Shown piece after piece: positions 42,062 to 55,486 of a stretch of DNA of 64,000 bases. This DNA comes from Eledone cirrhosa (taxonomy: Eukaryota), in NCBI GenBank assembly GCA_964016885.1, contig OZ024741.1, positions 179,366,001 through 179,430,000 of the forward strand. Direction: 5' to 3'. The first letter of the stretch is position 1; each line of letters starts with the position of its first letter. Both the position numbers and the translations under genes were made by a program. Below the pieces are notes generated by a model. That model had not been told where the DNA came from, ran no database searches, and saw nothing but the letters and a program-made list of their open reading frames with translations.

Positions 42062-42384
42062 CTCTAGACCATAGATCCCAAAACATTCTAGACCACTGAC
42101 CCCATTCATGGAATCCTTAACACCCTCTCATTGATCCCCTTCATAAAATTCTTGATACCTCATTGACTTCTTCCTGGAATCCTTGGCTGTCAACCTCATT
42201 GACCCCAGGCAAATAAATAAGTAAATAAATAAATCAGTAAACAGAATATAAAATAGACAATAAAGACTAGTTATATATAAATCAGAACCCTGTATAAGCA
42301 AGTAGCAAATTATTGTATTGTTTTACGTATTTTCATTTCTTATACAAATATCAGGTTTTTGCCCCAAAAGTTCAATTGATCCCT

Positions 42385-42554
42385 TAACCCTTTAACATTT
42401 ACATTACTTCATATTTAGTATTATATTTTCATGGTAAAGGCTTTACCTCACATAATATCGAATCTATGAGATTTTGATATTATTTATATTCAGAACAATA
42501 CCTTAACATCAGTATGAGTGGCCAGTTACAGCCGGTTTAAATGCTAAAGGGTTA
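42385..42554. mobile_element. TTAA-flanked (piggyBac-like) MITE; relatives at ~2397-2609 and ~11317-11518
   Basis: TIRs ttaa-ccctttaacattta / taaatgctaaaggg-ttaa; shared internal sequence among three copies. Confidence 0.7.
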
Positions 42555-43664
42555 AGTAATCCCATCAATCCCTGGAGGTTGATATTGACCATAGGGATCT
42601 CTAGTAACAAATGTTTGCTAAGCCTGTTAGAAACAGCAGCCAAATTTCCTTCAGACTACATATTAGATAATGCAGTGAGCAAAAAGCAGGGGATGGTGTA
42701 GGCAGGAATGTATTTATTTAATCCTATGCCTGTTTGTTCAGGGCTTGATTTGAGACTAAACAACAAATACAAACTGTACAAAAAAATGTGTTAAACTGGC
42801 CACGATGTTGTAGTTTAGCGCCAGCACAACACTTATTGATGGGACATGCAATGAAAGGTACTCCAGCAGTGACCATCCCATCTTTTTGGAGTGAAGGGAT
42901 AACTATGATTTCATCATTTATAATGACAGGAAGGTGTGAATTAAGCGTGACTTGGATGCTATGTCTAGCTGATCAAGCGGGCACATAAAAAAAGCTTCCT
43001 TGTTGGCTGATCCCGGATGTCAATGAAAACTTCTTAACGCTCTCTTTAGTTAATTGGGACATTTTCTTAGTATTAATTACAGGAAGGATAAAGAAAGAGA
43101 ATGAAAGGAGATACAGAGAGAGTGGGAGGGGGGATAAAAGAAATGATATAATACAGAAGTAGAAAATGGAGAGAGAGAGAGAGAGAGAGACAGAGAAGAG
43201 GGGGAGAAATGAAGGAAGAGAAATAGGATGATATAAAGAGATGGATAGATAAAAATATATACTATGAACCGTATAGTCAGAGAGAGAGAGAGAGAAACAG
43301 AAGTAAACAATATAGAGTGGAGAGACATGTTAATAAAGGGAAAAAAGAAATGCTATAGGTTAACAGTGTGTTGGGAGAGGGATAGTGAAGAAAAAGAACA
43401 AAAATTTAGAGAGAAAAAAAAACACCAACGGATGAAAGACAAAACGATATAATATTTAACTGTCAAATATTACATTGCGTGACATTTTGTTTCTGGTTTT
43501 TGGAATATATATATATATACATGTATATAGGGATACAGACACACACACATATATATAATCATCATCATCATCATCATCGTTTAACGTCCATTTTCCACGC
43601 TAGCATGGGTCTGGACGTTTTAAACCCAATGAGTGTCATATAACCTCGCAATATATATATATAC

Positions 43665-43831
43665 ATCATCATCATCATCATTTTACGTCCGCTTTTCCCT
43701 GCTTGCAAGGGTGGGACGGGTCTTATTCAGCACAGCATCTCTCCACTCGTCACAGTCCCTCGTCATCTCCACCGTGAGCTTCAATGATCTGAGGTCTGTT
43801 CTCACCACCTCCGCCCATGTTTTTCGTGGTC
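43665..43831 (-). mobile_element. RTE LINE 3' fragment (short-tail family)
   Basis: RPRKTWAEVVRTDLRSLKL..., nearly identical to 9416-9590. Confidence 0.88.
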
Positions 43832-44539
43832 TATATATATATATATATATGGCTGTTTCATTCAATGAAATTGTGAGTATTTTAACGTTTTTCATATGTT
43901 AATCTGTCGATACAATAATTACATTGTTTCCATAGCTTTAAGGCTCTGGCTGGGATGTTATATTACAATTACTCCTTCGCATATGCTCCAAATGAATTTG
44001 AGAAAATTGTAAACAACAAGATCAAAACAACATCATCACTGTTTAATGTCCATTTTTCCATGCTATTTGAAGAAAGTTGAGGTCAGATGACCATGTCTTG
44101 CTCATACATGGCTTGGTTTCTATAGCTGGATGCTCTTCCTAACGCCAACCACATTTACAGTGAGTACGGGACGCTTTTGGTCATGTCGCCATCACAACCA
44201 CTTTAGGATTTAATGATCCTAATAGTCCTAAATAGAACAATGGTTACAATTATATCTGCATACACACCTCAATCTGGGTAGTTAGTGACTATTGATAGAG
44301 CTAGACAAACTTGGAGACAGACAACCTGGAGAAGATTATGGAAGTTAAAAAAGCCCTCAGCCAGTAACAAATTCAGAGGTATTTTGCTGCATGCTTATGA
44401 CAGTAAGGAAGAACAATATAAAGGAGCATTGGGAGTTCCTGAAAGGTAATCTGCTGATTACTGAATGAAGAGAATGCATGGAAGCAAGATGGTCTACCCT
44501 AAGTAGATCCAACAGGGGATCCAGCTGTACAAGTCAGCA

Positions 44540-45015
44540 GCAGCATAGTAAAACAATTAAGGATATGAAGACAGGAAAAGCAGCTGGTCCATCAGGGATA
44601 GTCGCTAAGATGTTGATTGTAAACCAGGTAATACTAAATGGTGTCATACTTAATGATTGGTGTAACAGCATCATTGTCAACCGCAACAAGGGTAAAGGAG
44701 ATGCACTAGATAGAGAAAACTATAGAAGCATCCAATTATAGAACCAGGTCATGAAGGTAACAGAAAGAGTTATAGTACAGCTGATTAGGGACCAGGTTAA
44801 CCTAGATGAGATGCAATTTGGATTTGCGCCAGGTAAAGGTACTACTGATGACCTCTTCCTTGTGAAAAAACTACAGGAGAAGTACTTAGCTAAAAGTAAG
44901 CCCATCTACCTGGCATTTGTTGACCTGAAGAAAGCTTTTGACAGAGTCTACCATGCAATAATCTGGTGTTCTCAAAGAAAATTAGGAGTAGATTAGTGGC
45001 TTGTGAAGGCTTTAC
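44540..45015 (+). mobile_element. RTE LINE RT N-terminal fragment, decayed
   Basis: KTGKAAGPSGI, KGKGDALDRENYR, QFGFAPGKGTTD, FVDLKKAFDRV. Confidence 0.85.
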
Positions 45016-45176
45016 TGATGTTGATACAGTGAAAGTCTAGATATTTTTGTTAGGGATTTAGGAACAACCTGCAAAGGGTTCATTACAGAAATATGAAAAA
45101 CAAAAAGACTTCAAAAATACATGTCTCCAAGAAAGGTTTTTCCACACACACACACACTTTATATATATACACACAG

Positions 45177-45696
45177 GCCTAGAAAAACCTGGGACGAGCT
45201 GATAAACTCCGACCTCACACACTTACACCTCTCCAAGACAATGTCACTGGACCGAGACCTTTGGCGGTACTCAGTAATAGAGAAGACCCGCCTTACCTAA
45301 ATACATAGTAAAACCTACTACAGTCAGTAGGCATCTCTAACAAAATACACCCACGTCCCACCACCCCCACCCCATCCACACCACCCCCTTCTATGTAAAG
45401 TTATGTTGGTGCCACACCATCCAGGCCGAAACAAATGAGATCGTGTAGGTGTCACGACAAAAAAACACACAGTCCACGCTGTAATGTGGCCGTGTAGGCA
45501 ACACGGTAAAAGCCTCCCAGCCCCACACTGTAAATGTGGTTGGTGTTAGGAAGGGCATCCAACTGTAGAAAACCTGCCAGACAGTCCTATGCGAGCAAGA
45601 CAATCACTCTTGCCTCAAGTGGGAAAACCCCCGTCCAAACCCATGCAAGCGTGGAACACGGACGTTAAACGTTGATGATGATGATGATGATGATGA
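45177..45696 (+). mobile_element. RTE LINE 3' fragment (long-tail family)
   Basis: Near-identical to 31910-32430. Confidence 0.88.
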
Positions 45697-47019
45697 CACA
45701 TACACATATTGGATGGCCTCTCTATGTGTGTCAGTCAAAATCAAACCCCTCACTCCAGTGTTTGAGTACAGACCAGTCTGTGACAAAGTGTTCCAATGTG
45801 TGTTGACAGATAATAGTTGTTAGATGATGATGATGATATGTATAAATTATCAGTCATGGCTTGGGTTGACTGATAATACTGAGGGAATCAATAGATAACA
45901 TATGAAACTTTAATCCTTCATTATCTCATCCAGATTTAGCAATAATTCTTTTCTGTTACTGAAAACTACAATATAAATAGATGCAGATTTTTGTAGCTAC
46001 GTGCAGGTTATACACATATATATATCATCATCATCACTTAAAGTCCATTTTCCCATGCTTGCATGTGTTAGACAAGTCGGCCATGTTACGAGGCATGTCT
46101 GGTGAGTTGGCCACTCCCTACCTTGCTCAAACGGAACTGTATTTTGACTGGTTTTTTTACATTGTGGAACTGGGTGGTCTCGTTATAAGAACGGTCTGGC
46201 CAGTTGATCACGCTGTACCCTGATCACAGCAGAACCTCATTTTGAGAGCTGGGTAGTCCCATTAAGATAGAGGTCTGGCCAATTGGCCATTCCATACCTT
46301 GCTCACAGTAGATCACGTTTTGGCTGGGTTTTTGCAATGTGATATTTGTTCTGGCTTTATGATGTTCTGAGTTCAACTACCACCAAGGTTGACTTTGTCA
46401 TGACTAGTCCACTCAATACAAGAGTTGATTCTTCTTCACTTTCTCATTCTTTCTGGAAGCAATTGACTGTGTTGAGATCTAAAGAGGCAGTGGTGGGCAC
46501 CACAATGTTTTAAATACCCAAGATGGCACCCCTACCACTCCATCAGGGATTTAGATTATCATGGTGGAAACAACTTCAATGTTCTTATTGGGACTATTTC
46601 AGAAACTTTACATGTCATTATACATTTTAATCTGTGGAAAATAGACAGAAAATAAGAATGGTGAGGATGACGGATCCTTATCAGACAATCTTTAACCTGG
46701 AAAACTTGCAAAGTGAATATGTTTCACTGATGAGATCTAATAAAATCAAAGCATGTCAGTTGCTTTCACCAAGTTGACTTGTAGAGAGTTCCAGAAGATT
46801 ATATCAGCCAGGTCTGTAGGAATTATCTCTCTTGTTTGCTTCAATGTACTATGTACCTCTAGATTCAGACTCAAGCTTAAAATTACAGATAAATAATGCT
46901 AGACATTAAATTGACTCAGCAAATGAAAAAAACACGCTGTAATCGTTGCCTAGGAATACAGTGATAGCTTCCTTCTTGAAAGTTGCCCAATACTTCATTG
47001 TCAATGAAACATCAATAAC

Positions 47020-47665
47020 AAGTAGTGTGCCCCAGGGAACTATCTTGGGACCACTACTGTTTGTGGTGGCTCTCAGACATTCCCTCTGTAGTACAGACAG
47101 CCTCCCTCACTAACTATGTTGATGGCAAGAAAGTAGCACAGGCAATCAAGGAATTGGCTGATGCTACTTTCTTACAACAAAATTTGGATGCCATCTACAA
47201 ATGGGATGAGAACAACAATATGCAGTTTAATGCCGAAAATTTCAAGCCCTCCGCTATCAACCTACCACAAACTAAAGGCCACTACTACAAAACTACACTG
47301 GACCGGGAGGAATCGAAATACCGAATCAATCATCAAAATGCTGGCAATGTGCAGACACCGAGCAGATTGGATTCTGAGGACACTCATTACAAGAGTCAGA
47401 GGAAACCATGTCTATTGACTGGAGGGTATTTGTATTCAGTCAAGTGGACTATTGCTCTCAGCTGTAGTTATCCCACAGTGTCAAACTAAACATAGAACTT
47501 GAATCAATCCAATGAAGCTACACCAAAGAAGATTGCTCAATGAAGGAGATGAGCTACTGGGAGAGGCTGAAAGAACTAAAGCTCTACTTGCTGGAATGAA
47601 GACAGGAATGATACGCAGTGATATACATATGGAAGATCCTGGAAGAACTAACACCAAACTTTAAC
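47020..47665 (+). mobile_element. CR1/L2/Jockey-group LINE RT fragment, decayed
   Basis: SSVPQGTILGPLLF; LQQNLDAIYKWDENNNMQFNA; MSYWERLKELKLY. Confidence 0.75.
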
Positions 47666-48181
47666 ACGGAGCTATCGATCTAAATCCCTATTATAGTTAC
47701 CCTGATAGCCTTGTCTTGTCAGTTACTTTAAAATTGATAGCTACTCTAGCAGAACACATGGGTATTGCCAGTTTGGCTTTGCCTCTCTTTGGAGATGATA
47801 TGGATTTTGGGTTACTTTTAGAACAACTTTCTGTCCAAATTTCCTGATAACTTGTAATTAGCAAATTTTCCATGGGTCAAAACAGCACAGTCAAAGCATT
47901 TAAAATATAAGTCTTAACTTTTATCTGCTTTATGTATATACATAAATATATCATCATTATTTCATTTTACGTCCACTTTTCCCTGCTTGCAAGGGTGGGA
48001 CGGGAACTGATTCTGGCTTGATTTCTACAGCTGGATGCCCTTCCTAACACCAACCTCATTTACAGTGAGTGCTGGGTGCTTTTTTGCCATTCTGTATTTA
48101 TACAGATATAACTTTATCATACACTTCGTTCGGCTGCTAGTGCATCATCATCATCACCGTTTTACGTCCGTTCTTCCACGA

Positions 48182-48225
<44 letters not shown>

Positions 48226-48340
48226 TGTATATGTATATATATATATATGTATATGTATATATATATATGTATATATGTATATATGTATATATGTATATAT
48301 ATATATGTATATATATATATGTATATATATATATGTATAT

Positions 48341-48374
<34 letters not shown>

Positions 48375-48803
48375 ATAAATATACATACATGTATATATAT
48401 ATATGCAAGCAGGGAAAAGCGGACGTAAAATGATGATGATGATATATATTTATTTTTCTACCCGCCGAAATGCGATTCTCGGTGAATTTATATTTGTATT
48501 AATCTCCCGAGTCTTACAATTAACCCGTTAATAATTCTATTGACAGATTAATTGCATAAGTTTATTTTTAAAACTATCCGGTCGAGAGCTTATTCGATTT
48601 GTGCGATTTATGCAATTTTTTGCATGGATTTACACATACTGAATTCATTTGCCAAAATCTGGACTTTTCCCCTGTGAGTTACACATGTGCTTTTACAAAA
48701 CACTGTGTCATCTACAACACTGGCACAGAACAAAATACCTGTTGATAACGTGATATTCCTCGTTCGATCATTATACCAAATGATTATCATTTTAAGCAGA
48801 CAG

Positions 48804-48995
48804 GGCGGTGGATTGGCAGTATCGGTAGAGGGTCGGACGCCATGCTTTCCAGCATAGTTACGTCCCTTTACGATCTGAGTTCAAATCCCGCCGAGGTTGA
48901 CTTTGCCTTTCATCCTTACGGGGTCGATAAAATAAAAGTACCAGTAATGCACTGGGTATTTGCTGGCCTTGTGCCTAAAGTAGAAACAATTATTG
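48804..48995 (+). mobile_element. Second tRNA-derived SINE family (Meta-domain-like body) with a 14-bp TSD
   Basis: gagttcaaatc B-box; gcctttcatccttacggggtcgataaa...gtaccag body; TSD ttttaagcagacag at 48790-48803 and 48996-49009. Other copies near 16907-17083(+), 10196-10540(-), 53003-53190(-) and 7463-7680(-). Confidence 0.85.
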
Positions 48996-49370
48996 TTTTA
49001 AGCAGACAGTATTATTGATTTAGGTGTCGCAGAAACCCTGTACTGGATTTTACCATCAATTCTAAGGGTCCAGGTTTGCTATATATATATACATATATAT
49101 GTTTATATATATATATATATGAATATGTCATTTATTTTGTCTGATCTGTTTAGCTTGACTTGATTTTTGGCTTAGGTAGTTAATGGCTTCTTGACCGCCT
49201 TCTCAGTTTGTATGCCCTTTATAACCTATGTTCATTACTCTGGTCTTTTTAGCCCATGGAGCACTTGCCAGCATGACTCAGAATTTGCGTTACGTTTCGC
49301 TTTTTCTACCCGCCGAAATGCGATTGTAGCTGAATTTATATTTATATATATTATTATTATATATATATAT

Positions 49371-49542
49371 AAGTTATTTCGGGTTGAATCGGAGGTAACC
49401 ACAGTAAGTAAGGTACTCAATACATAGAGTATAAAAGTTTTAATATAGAAGAGCTTCTACAGGACTAGAACTGTTTTATTCGTGAGAAATCATCAGGGAA
49501 CTCCCTGATGATTTCTCTAGTCCTGTAGAAGCTCTTCTATAT

Positions 49543-49546
<4 letters not shown>
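49371..49546. mobile_element. Short fold-back hammerhead element (family B), second copy
   Basis: Homologous to 16031-16226; inversion centred at catcagggaa|ctccctgatg; the plus arm has an internal deletion; TA flanks. Confidence 0.7.
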
Positions 49547-49585
<39 letters not shown>

Positions 49586-49645
49586 CATACGTGTATTATT
49601 TATATATATATATACACACACACACATATACATATATATATATAT

Positions 49646-49757
49646 CAGGATAGAACCAGTTTAAAACTAGTTAGACCACCACTCAACAGAGTACTCGGTA
49701 CTTGAGGTTGTAGAGTATGGCTATATTATAAAGAGTCGGGTCCCAACATTTTATAAT
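49646..49757 (-). repeat. Short TA-embedded element (family C), related to the family A tail; second copy at 62719-62830
   Basis: caggatagaaccagttt...agtactcg.tactt....gtagagtatggcta occurs twice, both times between TA tracts. Confidence 0.65.
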
Positions 49758-49934
49758 ATATATATATATATAAGGTTGGCATCCCAAAGCAGATCGGATT
49801 ATAACTACAGTTAAATAAAGTACTCAATGCGTTAGCAGAGAATTAGCATATTTATTTTATATAGAAATGAAATAGTTCTAGTCCGGTAGTAGTTAATTCT
49901 ATTATATATATATATACACACACACATTTATGAA

Positions 49935-50068
49935 AATGTTCAATACCCCGACGGCAGAGATCAAGCCGTTTCAACGGCTATTTCTGGACTATTACCCACT
50001 CTACTACCCTAAGTATTGAGTACTCTGGTGCATTATGGTCCACCTGATTCCTTACCACACTTCCTTCG

Positions 50069-50071
<3 letters not shown>
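49935..50071 (+). mobile_element. Family A element with the right arm deleted
   Basis: Left arm accccgacggcagagatcaagccgtttc joined directly to the tail tattacccactctactaccctaagtattgagtac. Confidence 0.65.
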
Positions 50072-50107
<36 letters not shown>

Positions 50108-51206
50108 CACACACACACAAGAGAGAATAATAATTTTAAGGTAGAATTAGTGGCCTGCTACACTGGAGTTTCTCCTGTATGATTGATTAATATATGATCA
50201 GACAACTTCCGGTAATTCCCCTCAGTGAAAATGACTATTTTAATAATAAACATAATCATAATCTACGAAGATTACGAATATGTTTATAATCACTAAGTCA
50301 AGAGGAGGTACTGAACTATAGTGTGTACGTGCGGTGCATTACTTAATATATATAAATACATAAATGTATGTATGTATAATGTTCAATAAACGGTATTACA
50401 TGTAACATAGATGACTTTTTAACATATGATAAGCAAATCTAAACGTGTTTGTAAGCCATGTTATGGCAACTATGGTGACGGAAAATCGAGATATCTCCAT
50501 TTTGTATTGTTGGTTAAATATAATTAGGATAAAAAGTAGATGGTTTTGTTTTCTCTCTGTTGGTAGGTTTGAAATAACTGGGAGATAGAGGAACAATTGA
50601 TATATAGACTGGGAAAATGACATAGACATGTCAGTTACAAGTGTGTTCGTTTCTATTAGGCAAATCATGTAGGGCATGTCGGAAAGGCAGCTACAATTAC
50701 ATATAAGTACATCCTTATATAAGCGAAACTTGTGCTGTATATATATATGTTTGTGTGTGGTACATATGTGTGATTTTGTAAGTGTGCGTGTGTCTGTGCT
50801 GCATATATGTGCCTGGTGTATAATATATATACGTGTGTGTGTGTGTGTGTTTATTAATGTATGTGGTGTATGTATGCTCTCTCTCTCTCTCTGTATATAT
50901 ATATATATATAATAGGTGAGGTGTATGATATATATATATCTAATGGGTGTTTTAAATATATATATATAAAAGGTAAACAGAAATAACAACACAATCGGTA
51001 CAGTATATGGAAAGAATATTGTGTGTGTGTGTGTGTATAACCAAATTAAAAGATGTATGTTTATAGAGGGAGAGAGAGAGAGAGGGCCATATATCGTAAG
51101 ATATATGAGCTTACTTATTAAGAAACAACATTCTAAGCATATCTGTAGTTTTGATTTATCATTTGTATACATCTTAACTATAATAAATATATATAATGGG
51201 TGTATG

Positions 51207-51245
<39 letters not shown>

Positions 51246-51320
51246 TATATAATGGGTGTATGATAAATATATATATATATAATAGATGAATGATATATAT
51301 ATATATATTATAGATGTATG

Positions 51321-51387
<67 letters not shown>

Positions 51388-51395
51388 TTACTCAC

Positions 51396-51513
51396 CTGTA
51401 GATGCCGAAGTAAATACGAAACAGCCATGCCAGCAGAGAATCTGCAGCAACAGTATACAAAGCTTCAACAACATATAGCTGTTCCATGGACTACTTCCAG
51501 TTAGATCCAACAT
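51396..51513 (-). CDS. ADAM10: ADAM10-like coding exon 1 (signal peptide); (MLDLTGSSPWNSY)MLLKLCILLLQILCWHGCFVFTSAST
   Basis: In-frame ATGs at 51513 and 51474 with an in-frame TGA upstream; hydrophobic signal-like core; G|gtgagt donor in phase 1, which exon 2 requires. Linkage across the 37-kb intron is inferred. Confidence 0.75.
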
Positions 51514-51727
51514 CTCGTTTAGGAAGACAGGGAATCATGAAATTGTCCTAGTTCACAGTTCTCACAGCTTTCATCAGCTGACAAATGTCATTAAATTTTA
51601 TCGAAAATAATCCATTTCGTATATTTCCGCCGCTATATCTGTGCATAAAGATAGAGAAAGGAACGACTACATACACACATTATATAAATATACGAAGCGA
51701 TTGTGTATATGAGTGTTTAAGTGCTTG

Positions 51728-51788
<61 letters not shown>

Positions 51789-53639
51789 ATACGAGTGATT
51801 TAAGAGTATGTGTATTTGAGCGCTTAAGAGTGTGTCTGCGTGTTTATTTATATGGGTGTGTAATTCTAGATGTTTGGTTGAGCTCTTCCCATAAGTTGGT
51901 TACATACATTCACACTGTTGACTCACGATATGTCTCCAAAACTAGATTACTGACATATAAACTATTGTTGTTGTTATATCAGCAATTAAAATGTGTAGTT
52001 TGAAAGTTAAAAAGAAAGAGAAGGCAGAAAGAAATCCTTTTTTAAGTTACTATACTGTATCAACACTATTTACTACTTTATATAAATATATATATATATA
52101 CATACCAAATATATACATATATATAAATATATATATATTAATACAGCAACTATGAATAAGTTAGTTCCTGCCTGAACCTTAATGTTCCTTCTTAGTTGGA
52201 GCAGGCGCAATCGTTCCCATCCGGTAGTGAACATGCAGCAAGTTAACAAGAGTTATCGGTCTTTACTAACATGCTTTACTACAATTGTTATTCTTTCTTA
52301 CTCATCTGGTGCCTTAATTTAACGAAACTAATTGTTAGTATTTAATTAACCCTTAGCTGTTCCTGATCGATGACTAGGCGTATGGTCAAAGACATTCAAG
52401 TCGTGGACGTCACCAATCTTATTTTAGAGATATAATTTATCGACATCATTAAATATATCTTTTTGATATATATCTTAATGTGTTGAGAAATTGCTCGCGA
52501 TTCTTTCAGAAAGATATATTCTTTCAATGTTACAATATTAAAGAAAATATAAAGGAAGGGGTGAACAACCGAGCAAACACCAGAGCGAAAGACAGCACGT
52601 CGCGAGGAGTACCGGGAAACCTCTCTAGTGATTTTTGAGGCAAGCCAGCACCATATTGAGAAATATATATTTTTCTTAATGTGTTGAGGCATGTTTTAGG
52701 GTAATCTTTCATATTAGGACCGTAAAATGAAGAGAAAAACCGGATACAATATGTGGTTAAAGATGTTCGTTTTTTAATAAGGTAATATGTGATTTAAGGA
52801 ATTTGTGGGGATTTTTTCACATTACAGCCATAAGTACAAACCCGGAATAAAATACATAACTAAATTTGTTCACGTTTTAATAGAGTAAGCCGCAATTTAG
52901 GGTAGACATATATATATATATATGAAAATATTTTATTCACAGTTGTATAAATAACATTACAAATTGATCAGTTCTATTAGGATGAAGATATAAACATATA
53001 TAACTGTTTCTACTTATGGCACAAGGCCAGCAATTATCCCCGTGCATTACTGTTGCTTTATTTTATCGACCCCCGTAAGGATGAAACGCAAAGTTAACCT
53101 CGGCGGGATTTGAACTCAGACTATGAAGGGACTTAACTCTATGATGCAAGGCATAGCGTCCGACCTTCTACCGATACTGCCTATCCACCAGATATAATGA
53201 ATACAATTAACTATTGCTAGGAACCTTACAAATATACGATCAAAGCGAGAGAAAGAAAAGAAGGAGGGTGCGCAAAAACGACCATCAATTCACCACTAAA
53301 TGCAACAATCGGCCGCACACCACAAAGGTGAACGGAAATTTTTGAGGCAAGCCAACACGCTCGCAGCATTATCGCGGGTGAGGGCGTGGCTAAGGAGCTA
53401 AAATAACCAGGCACCCTCACGGACGGGCATCACCTGACACCTGGGTAAGGCGAACCGCCAACAATGACAAGAGCTTCTCTGTCAGCATCTCCAACACCAC
53501 AGACAGGAAAAAATAATTGTTCAATAGTTCCCTGTTGTGTGTATATGTGTGTGTGTTATACATGAGTATATATATATGTACTCACATATATATAACATCG
53601 TCATCATCGTTTAACATCCATTTTTTCTGCGAATCTTTC

Positions 53640-53990
53640 CAATCTTCGCAAGACCTCTGCACACAGCGCCCAGGCCTCACTACCATGCAACATTGCTTTT
53701 CGTATACATGCATCATACAATCTGCTCTTCATTTTGAAGGAAAAGTCTTTTGTAGCTAGCAGTGCTAGTAGCTTCATGAACTTCTTCCATCCATCTCACT
53801 CTGGGTACTTTACTTTTGTAACACCCACCCCTGCTACTAATTTGGTCACCCACATAGCAGAAGCTGTCTACAGGCTCTACCAAGCCTTCCCAGAATTTGA
53901 TAGTACTGTTGTCGTTTGCTATTTACTGCTCTGGTGCAACAGCTATATGTAAAATCTACGTTCTTAGCTAAACTACCTATGATCCCACTA
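53640..53990 (-). mobile_element. RTE LINE fragment, decayed
   Basis: Reverse-complement similarity to 61000-61370 (WKKF.EL, AMLHGSE). Confidence 0.7.
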
Positions 53991-55161
53991 AACAAACACA
54001 CACACTATATATATATATATATATATATAAAATATGAGAAGAATGAATACTGCGTGGTTGCACATGGGTTACATATGATAAAAATAGTCCTTCATCAGTG
54101 ATTTTCCAACCTTCATTGGTATTTCATCGCTTTAAAAATCATATAGCTCCAGTTGGTGCGAGCAATAGCTAAATAAAGCTATTGGGACAAGTAAATCTCG
54201 TAAAGCGAGCGAGACAAGTAAACAAACATAGAAGGATAGCAACGCAAAGAGAACTTGGGGAGATGACCAAACACCAAGATAGAGAAGGGGGAGCTTTATG
54301 AACTCTGCATAGTCTTCTTGAGGATGATCTCCAGAAGCTGTACAGTCAGTAGATATTTAACCATCTCCTCCCTCTTTTGCTTATAAAAATCTTCCATGGG
54401 ATCGTCATTATCCAGGATTATGAGACTTATCAATGGAGTCCCAAAATTCCTGGAACTTCTTTTAACATTGGGATACCAGGACCAGACGATGGGAAAAAGA
54501 TCTTGAAAACTTTCTTCAAAACCAGTTTAAGAATGTGGTGGCAGCAAGCCAATCACAAGAGGGATTTTTTCTGAGCTGCTTCAATTTTCATGTTGGCTCC
54601 TTGGTGCATGCCAGTGTTATCAAACGACATACCAATTATTCTATCCTTAATTTTGATTCATAGAATTTCCTTCAAAACAACTTCAACAATTTGTAGTTTC
54701 CTTCCTTTTCCTGCCACTCATGATTTGTCTCAAGCAGCCAAATGACCTTTCCAGTTTCTATTTTCTTTTCTCTGTGGAAGATGAAAAGCAAAATCAATCA
54801 ATTTTATTTTAACAAGACTTTAGGTTCTTAAATTTCCAGAATCCGTTCAGGCTATGAAAAGCAAAAAAGAAAAAAATTATTTCGTAACTTTATAACAATG
54901 AATGGACCTAGACAATAATCAGTGTTTACTACTAGCTAACAAAACCAGCACTGAACTAACAATGCAATGAACCTTGCATTGAAACCTGATTATTAACTCA
55001 TTATCTTGCTGAATTGTCTAAATATAGAAAAACTCACCTCTTCACCCTGATACCAAATACTTCTTTTTACGAACTTTTATATATATATATGATATAATAT
55101 ATGTGTGTTGGTATACATATATATATATATATGTATGTATGCGTATATAAACATATATATG

Positions 55162-55210
<49 letters not shown>

Positions 55211-55429
55211 TACACATGCATGCATGTATATAATGGCTGCATCTCAGTTTCGAGAATTGCCATCCCTTGGACACCATATCAAGGATTTCCATGTCCAGTA
55301 TATATAAGAGTGTGTTTGTGTGAGTGTAAGTATAAGTATGTATATATATATGTATATATATATATATATTATTAAAAAATTATAAAAATTATAAAAAATA
55401 AACAAAGAAGCCTTCAATACATCAAAAGT

Positions 55430-55486
55430 CTTTATTAGCTGACAGTGTTTCGTCCCATTAATAGGGACTCATCAGAGCAAGTAAAG
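55430..55486 (-). ncRNA. Minimal type I hammerhead ribozyme in the inverted PLE arm
   Basis: Reverse strand reads GCT-CTGATGA-GTCCC(tattaat)GGGAC-GAAAC-act-GTC-AGC with a perfect stem II. Confidence 0.88.

Noticed and set aside
46725-46760. Hammerhead-like CTGATGA-GAT...ATC-aaagCATGTCAGT
   Set aside because: The GAAA core is mutated and no proper stem I forms; at best a dead relic.
48455-49345. Repeated tttttctacccgccgaaatgcgatt (near 48455 and 49301)
   Set aside because: Probably fragments of one unidentified repeat; no structure or function could be assigned.
51396-51540. Out-of-frame ATGs (51487, 51538) as regulatory uORFs of the ADAM10-like gene
   Set aside because: The transcription start and the true initiator (51513 or 51474) are unknown, so this cannot be supported from sequence alone.
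54180-54780. Possible decayed transposase on the minus strand (IIGMSFDNTG-like peptide)
   Set aside because: Too fragmented, with no termini or continuous frame identifiable.
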